A stretch of 27,348 bases of DNA, taken from a virus (lineage: Duplodnaviria > Caudoviricetes). This document shows, piece after piece, positions 23,315 to 27,348 of this stretch (positions are counted from its first letter, which is position 1; each line of letters opens with the position of its first letter). Made by a program: the position numbers and the translations under genes. The stretch spans positions 1-27,348 of the IMG/VR virus record IMGVR_UViG_3300043610_000036; one strand, written 5' to 3'. The notes beneath the pieces are model-generated. The model saw only the letters and a list, made by a program, of their open reading frames with translations. It searched no databases and was not told the DNA's origin.

Positions 23315-23866
23315 TCACTTCCCAATCTCCAACGGCAACACCCTCTGGAACGTCGCCTCGAAGCTCCTCGCTCCACGCTCAGCTACCCCCTCAGCCTCGC
23401 CCTCATGTAGCAGCGCATCGAGCGGACGTGACCCACGTAGCTCCTTGATCGGCAGCCTCGCCTTGCCACGCCTCTGGAACACGCCATCGTGCCCTGACTT
23501 CATGGTCGCGACGAACGAGCCTTTGACCAGCGTGCGCTTGCCGCGGTTCACCTCGACGCTCACGCCCTTCTTCGTCTGGCGATGTGGGTACGCCACCAAG
23601 GGCACCGCCTCGCCTGACACGTCGAGGGACCACGACATGTCAGAGATGTCGCCTCCCTTCGGCCTGCGCAGCGTGAGCGCTCTGGTGATGTACCTGGTCT
23701 TGATCCGCTTGCGAGCTCGGATGCGCTTGCTCGCCTCGGACCGCATGTCACGCAGTGCGGTCGCTCCAGCCTTGCGGAGCGCGCGCTTGAGGGCTGCCTT
23801 GAGCGGCCCGGTCTCGAGCGCTGCGATGCCGCTGCGATGCCACTTCACGTTGATGCCGACAGCCAT
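23315..23866 (-). CDS. Minor tail protein Z (lambda gpZ-like)
   Basis: Basic 183-aa protein with ALKRAL, SFVATMKSGH.GVFQRRGKARLPIKELRG motifs; GGAGG RBS. Confidence 0.8.
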   Translation of the reverse strand: MAVGINVKWHRSGIAALETGPLKAALKRALRKAGATALRDMRSEASKRIRARKRIKTRYITRALTLRRPKGGDISDMSWSLDVSGEAVPLVAYPHRQTKKGVSVEVNRGKRTLVKGSFVATMKSGHDGVFQRRGKARLPIKELRGSRPLDALLHEGEAEGVAERGARSFEATFQRVLPLEIGK

Positions 23867-23891
23867 AGATCCTCCGGTTTCCGATTGGAAA

Positions 23892-24245
23892 CTACCGACG
23901 ACGAAACCCCATGTTCCACGCGATTCTCATCGCGAGATCCTCGAGCAGATACTGCCGATCACCTCGCTCGCCACGAACGCGTACAACCCCGCGGTCCACC
24001 CACTTCGAAAGCGTTCCACGCTGAACGCCTCGCACCAGTGCGTCTCGGTGACTGATCCACTTCGCCCCCGGCCCGGGTTCCCGTGGCCCCTGGCATCGTT
24101 CGCTCATGTGAGGATTCAGGTCGACCGGCATCATCTGCGTGTGGCAGATGGGGCACATCACCGACGGCTCGCGAACGCGCCCGAGGTCCAACGCGCGCTT
24201 CTGCAGGACCGAGAGACGCTGGTACGACCTGGCCCGGTTGTTCAT
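23892..24245 (-). CDS. Zn-finger plus MerR/excisionase-like HTH DNA-binding protein
   Basis: CPIC-x10-H-x4-C followed by WIS...GVQRGTLSKWVDRG.VR.......RQYLLEDL; ATGA overlap and GGAGG RBS. Confidence 0.6.
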   Translation of the reverse strand: MNNRARSYQRLSVLQKRALDLGRVREPSVMCPICHTQMMPVDLNPHMSERCQGPREPGPGAKWISHRDALVRGVQRGTLSKWVDRGVVRVRGERGDRQYLLEDLAMRIAWNMGFRRR

Positions 24246-24781
24246 CGATTGAGCCTCCCCTGCGTCACCCTCGTCGTCGGGCGAAGCGCTGTAAACAGAC
24301 CGACCCCGACGGCATCGAGCGCATGCGTGTGTTGCTCGGGGTGGATGCGCATCAGCATAGCCTCGCCTCCTTGCATCGTGAGCACGTATCGCTCGAGCTT
24401 GAGCTCGAGCTGCTCGTAGTCGACCTTCGCCTTGGTGTCGGGCAGGACGGCGCGTTGCCACTGCTTGGCAGTGACCTCGACGAGGTCACACCCATGCTCG
24501 GCAGCCAGCATCGTGAGCGCACCCCACACCAGCGCCTGACCGATCAGCCCGCTGGTGCGCCCGAAGGAAAGCGCCTGCTCCGCTGCGACGATGGTGCAGC
24601 CGTGCACACGATAGAGACGCCTCAGCTCGAGACTGAGGCTGTGGATGCGACGTGCGCGATCGGTCGACTTGCCAAGGGCGCTGTCCGGCGTTGAGGTCCA
24701 CACCCCGAGGTCGACGACGCGGGAGCGCGACATGATCGCCCATCCGACGTTACCGATGCCCGGATCGACCGCGAGGATCAC
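24242..24781 (-). CDS. ruvC: RuvC-like Holliday junction resolvase
   Basis: ILAVDPGIGNVGWA, VAAEQ, KQWQRAV, HALDAVGVGL catalytic motifs; GTG start at 24781. Confidence 0.85.
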   Translation of the reverse strand: MILAVDPGIGNVGWAIMSRSRVVDLGVWTSTPDSALGKSTDRARRIHSLSLELRRLYRVHGCTIVAAEQALSFGRTSGLIGQALVWGALTMLAAEHGCDLVEVTAKQWQRAVLPDTKAKVDYEQLELKLERYVLTMQGGEAMLMRIHPEQHTHALDAVGVGLFTALRPTTRVTQGRLNR

Positions 24782-24981
24782 TTCGGCCTCGAGCAAAGGG
24801 TGCAGTCCAACCAGTGCACGCCGTGCAGACGACAGCGCACGACGAGCTTGCCGGAACCCTCGAGGTTGCTGCATCGCTGCCGGAGTCGCTCGGTTGCGGA
24901 GACGGTGTGCGAGACCTGCAGCTTCGCCGGTCCCGATCCACGCGCCCGGAGGAGCTGCTTGGGTTTGTATCGCTCGCTCAC
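24778..24981 (-). CDS. Hypothetical small Cys/His-containing protein
   Basis: GTGA overlaps at both ends; C-terminal CRLHGVHWLDCTLC. Confidence 0.5.
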   Translation of the reverse strand: MSERYKPKQLLRARGSGPAKLQVSHTVSATERLRQRCSNLEGSGKLVVRCRLHGVHWLDCTLCSRPK

Positions 24982-25172
24982 CGCTTGCCTCGCTTCGGTC
25001 CGAAGTCGTTGCAGGGGATGTGGTAGCGCGGCACCTCGACGCACGGCCCAGCGTGATCGAGCGACTCGATGCACCACGTCGTCTTCGGGCACGGGTGCAC
25101 GCGGGTCTCGCGGTCCGCGCCCAGGTCGAGCACGGAGGTCGCGATCTCACCGTTGGTGCCGTCGGCGATCAC
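24978..25172 (-). CDS. Hypothetical 64-aa protein
   Basis: GTGA overlaps at both ends; CPKTTWCIESLDHAGPC motif. Confidence 0.5.
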   Translation of the reverse strand: MIADGTNGEIATSVLDLGADRETRVHPCPKTTWCIESLDHAGPCVEVPRYHIPCNDFGPKRGKR

Positions 25173-25621
25173 TTCGCCTTGCGACCCTTGCCGCGCTTAC
25201 CCTTCGGCGCGGATGTCTCGGGAACGACGACATCGCCGGCGGCGTTCTCTTCGACGTTCGCTTCGGCTTGCGACTTGAGCGCCTGGTCGATGAGGCCGCG
25301 GTGGACTTCGCGCTCCGCGGGCGCCGAATGGCCACCGCCACCACCGCCAACCTCGCGCTCGGCCTCGGCGGTCTTCTTCAGCTTGATCTTCGGGTCGCCA
25401 TCACCGAGCTCGACCCGGATCTCGTCGCCGTCGTGATCCTTGTACTTGTAGACCCGGACCTTGTGCGCTCGCATGATCGTGATCAGCTCGTGCTTCTTCT
25501 GGGTCTCCTTCTCCTTGAGTGCGCGGCGTTCGTCGCGCACCTCGCGGAAGGCCTCGCCTGCCTGCTCGACCTCGGGGACTTCCTTGCGCTGCGTTCCTGG
25601 AATCTGCATCTGTCTTGCCAC
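25169..25621 (-). CDS. Hypothetical charged protein
   Basis: GTG start with GGAG RBS (ARQMQIPGTQRKE...); helical N-terminus, Lys-rich C-terminus. Confidence 0.65.
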   Translation of the reverse strand: MARQMQIPGTQRKEVPEVEQAGEAFREVRDERRALKEKETQKKHELITIMRAHKVRVYKYKDHDGDEIRVELGDGDPKIKLKKTAEAEREVGGGGGGHSAPAEREVHRGLIDQALKSQAEANVEENAAGDVVVPETSAPKGKRGKGRKAK

Positions 25622-25680
25622 TTCGTTTCTCCGGTTGTTGTGTTGGTCGTGTCGTCGAGTGCGCGCCGACCCGCGGGCGC

Positions 25681-27246
25681 CTATGCCGCGTCCCGCGCTG
25701 CGAACTTCTGAGTCTCTGCGCCCCACACGGCCCAATTGGTCCGCGGCTCACGCGCGAACATCTCGAGGTGTGGCCCTGGGCAGTGCTTCGCCAGCAGGTC
25801 CATGATCTCGTCGGGCTTGCGGCTGTGCTCGCGGGTCGGCGCGCGGATCAGCGTCGTGATCTCGTTGAGCGTGTGAACCGGCTTGCCTCGCGAGGCAATC
25901 ACCAGGTGCTCGGTCTTGCCGCGCGGCCACGACCCGACGCCGGCGTGGCCCTTGTCCCACGTGATCATCGAGCGGTGCTCGAAGCCCCAGGCTCCGAGAA
26001 CGGCTCCGACCACATGGATGAACGCGTTCGTCACCCACAAGGCCAGGATGACGTCGTCGTGCGCAACCCGGTTGATCTCGCCTCGAAGCATGCAGATGGC
26101 TTCCATCGGCATCGGCGGGTACGTGATGTGCCCACGCGAGCCCTCGTGCTGATCGCTGTTCTCGTACGGCCACGGCGGGTCGATCGCGATCAGTCGGAAC
26201 GGCCCCGTCGGCATCGGGCGGACCTGCGCTTGGTTGATCTTCGCGACCACGGCGCGCTTCTGCTCCTGCTTTGCTAGCGCGCGCACGTGGCCGCTTCGGG
26301 TCTCGCCGTTCTTCGCAAGCACGCGATCGGCGATCTCGTTCTGCTTCGCCGGTGGCAGCTGGGACACGAGCGCCGCGGCGTCGATCGCGAGCTTGCCCTT
26401 CATGACCGCGTCCCGGACCTTGGGCGTGCCCTTGTCCCGCACTGCGACGGCACCGCGAACGGACCGCTCCGATACCCTTTGTTGTTTCGCTGCCTGTACT
26501 TGAGTGGCCACACCGGCCAATTTGCCGCTCTGGCGCTGGCCGTGGCAGAGCTGCGCGGCGTCCGCGGCGATCAGCGCGCGGACGCTCACGGACAGGTGCC
26601 GCCGCTTGTCGTTCTTAGACACGACATAAGCGATCAGCGCGTCCATGCCGCGGTGCGAGCTCGAGTAGTACTCGTACCGCGGCTTGACCTTAGCGAGCTC
26701 GCACGCCTTGCCGCGATTCGAACCGTCGAGGATCGACTCCTTGCCACCCTCGGAGATCAGGACGATCGGATCGCGGAGTCCGTTGACGTGGATGTCCTCG
26801 GCAAGCGCGGCGAGCTCGTCGTCCTCGAGCATCGGGTAGAGCGCGGCAGCGGGGTGCCGTGGATACCCGAGGATCTTGGGCGCGCCGCGCCGCGTCCGCT
26901 CGCTGAGATGCTCCTCGCCCTTGGGCGTGCTGACGCCGAACAGTGCCGAAGGCTTGCCAGCGCCCTTGGGCGGCTTGATCGGCCTGTTCGGGAACGTTCG
27001 GTATCCAGTCGAGTGGTGGCTCTCGTGGCCTTGCTCGTGAATGCAGGGTTTGCCGTTCTTGCCATCGAGGATCCCGCACCGTTTGCCGTCGTCCTTCGTG
27101 TAGGTACCGCTCGTCTTGTCCCAGTCGACGACACCGCCGTTCTTCGCCAAGCCGCGATGCCTGCCGTTGTGGCCGCGGCCGAAGATGCAGGGCTCGCCAG
27201 TGATCGCCTTCGCGATGCACGGACTGATCGTGGTTCGCTCGTTCAT
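25681..27246 (-). CDS. ParB-N-terminal-domain / MT-A70 family N6-adenine methyltransferase fusion
   Basis: HPAAALYPML..ELAALAEDI..NGLRDPI...ILDGSNR..AC (ParB-N); LIAIDPPW, LWVTN, ITWDK, TEHL, EHSRKP, LEMFAR (MT-A70); AAGGAG RBS. Confidence 0.9.
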   Translation of the reverse strand: MNERTTISPCIAKAITGEPCIFGRGHNGRHRGLAKNGGVVDWDKTSGTYTKDDGKRCGILDGKNGKPCIHEQGHESHHSTGYRTFPNRPIKPPKGAGKPSALFGVSTPKGEEHLSERTRRGAPKILGYPRHPAAALYPMLEDDELAALAEDIHVNGLRDPIVLISEGGKESILDGSNRGKACELAKVKPRYEYYSSSHRGMDALIAYVVSKNDKRRHLSVSVRALIAADAAQLCHGQRQSGKLAGVATQVQAAKQQRVSERSVRGAVAVRDKGTPKVRDAVMKGKLAIDAAALVSQLPPAKQNEIADRVLAKNGETRSGHVRALAKQEQKRAVVAKINQAQVRPMPTGPFRLIAIDPPWPYENSDQHEGSRGHITYPPMPMEAICMLRGEINRVAHDDVILALWVTNAFIHVVGAVLGAWGFEHRSMITWDKGHAGVGSWPRGKTEHLVIASRGKPVHTLNEITTLIRAPTREHSRKPDEIMDLLAKHCPGPHLEMFAREPRTNWAVWGAETQKFAARDAA

Positions 27247-27347
27247 GATCTTCTCCTTCCGTATTCGGGTTGGCCCAGCAGGGCGTACGGCTTCCAGCCA
27301 CCGGCCTTGAGCATCAGGATTAGTTGCGTCGCGCGGGCGAACGTCAT
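27243..27347 (-). CDS. Partial gene, C-terminus possibly of a phage DEAD/SF2 helicase
   Basis: ...MTFARATQLILMLKAGGWKPY...* ends with an ATGA overlap; the TF..A..LI..L...GW pattern resembles C-termini of phage DEAD-box helicases. Only 34 codons are visible. Confidence 0.4.
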   Translation of the reverse strand: MTFARATQLILMLKAGGWKPYALLGQPEYGRRRS

Positions 27348-27348
27348 G

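Larger units (their letters stand above)
1..27348 (-). mobile_element. Temperate-type myovirus (pro)phage segment: lambda-like cos packaging/head module plus Mu-like contractile tail; extends beyond both window ends
   Basis: Contiguous, mostly translationally coupled (ATGA/GTGA overlaps) phage genes across the whole window. No integrase or att site is in the window, so prophage versus free phage cannot be decided. Confidence 0.95.

Noticed and set aside
23877-23892. Hairpin as intrinsic terminator
   Set aside because: Only a 6-bp stem and no U-tract on the coding strand.
1-27348. tRNA/rRNA/ncRNA, lysis genes, integrase
   Set aside because: Intergenic gaps are all about 130 bp or less and explained by RBS, promoter or cos elements; no such genes recognised by eye.

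Overview
High-GC (roughly 67-68% by eye) phage or prophage segment, almost all on the minus strand. Read right to left it holds the end of the early/middle region (probable helicase C-terminus, ParB-N/MT-A70 methyltransferase fusion, small ORFs, RuvC-like resolvase, Zn-finger/HTH protein) and a gpZ-like gene. Next come an intact lambda-type cos site and a lambda-like packaging/head module (TerS, TerL/gpA, gpW-like, portal, protease-capsid fusion, DUF2190, head-tail joining), then a Mu-like contractile tail (DUF2635, sheath, tube, frameshifting chaperone, tape measure, gpN, gp44, gp45, gp47, gp48). Main unusual points: (i) a conserved non-canonical promoter-like motif TTGAC-N15-TG(A/T)TCC lies 10-11 nt before five start codons; (ii) a three-gene fibre-like cassette is inserted backwards between terL and gpW and carries its own copy of that motif; (iii) a helicase-Walker-A/zinc-finger chimera sits between terS and terL; (iv) a membrane-anchored FG-GAP protein with two inserted phage-type domains sits inside the baseplate operon; (v) gp46 is absent from its usual position, and there are lesions in gp47 (24-bp duplication) and gp48 (frameshift). 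A myxobacterial host is suggested only weakly, by GC content and a DAxxD/DAP-rich linker. All family assignments come from motif recognition and synteny; no database searches were run.
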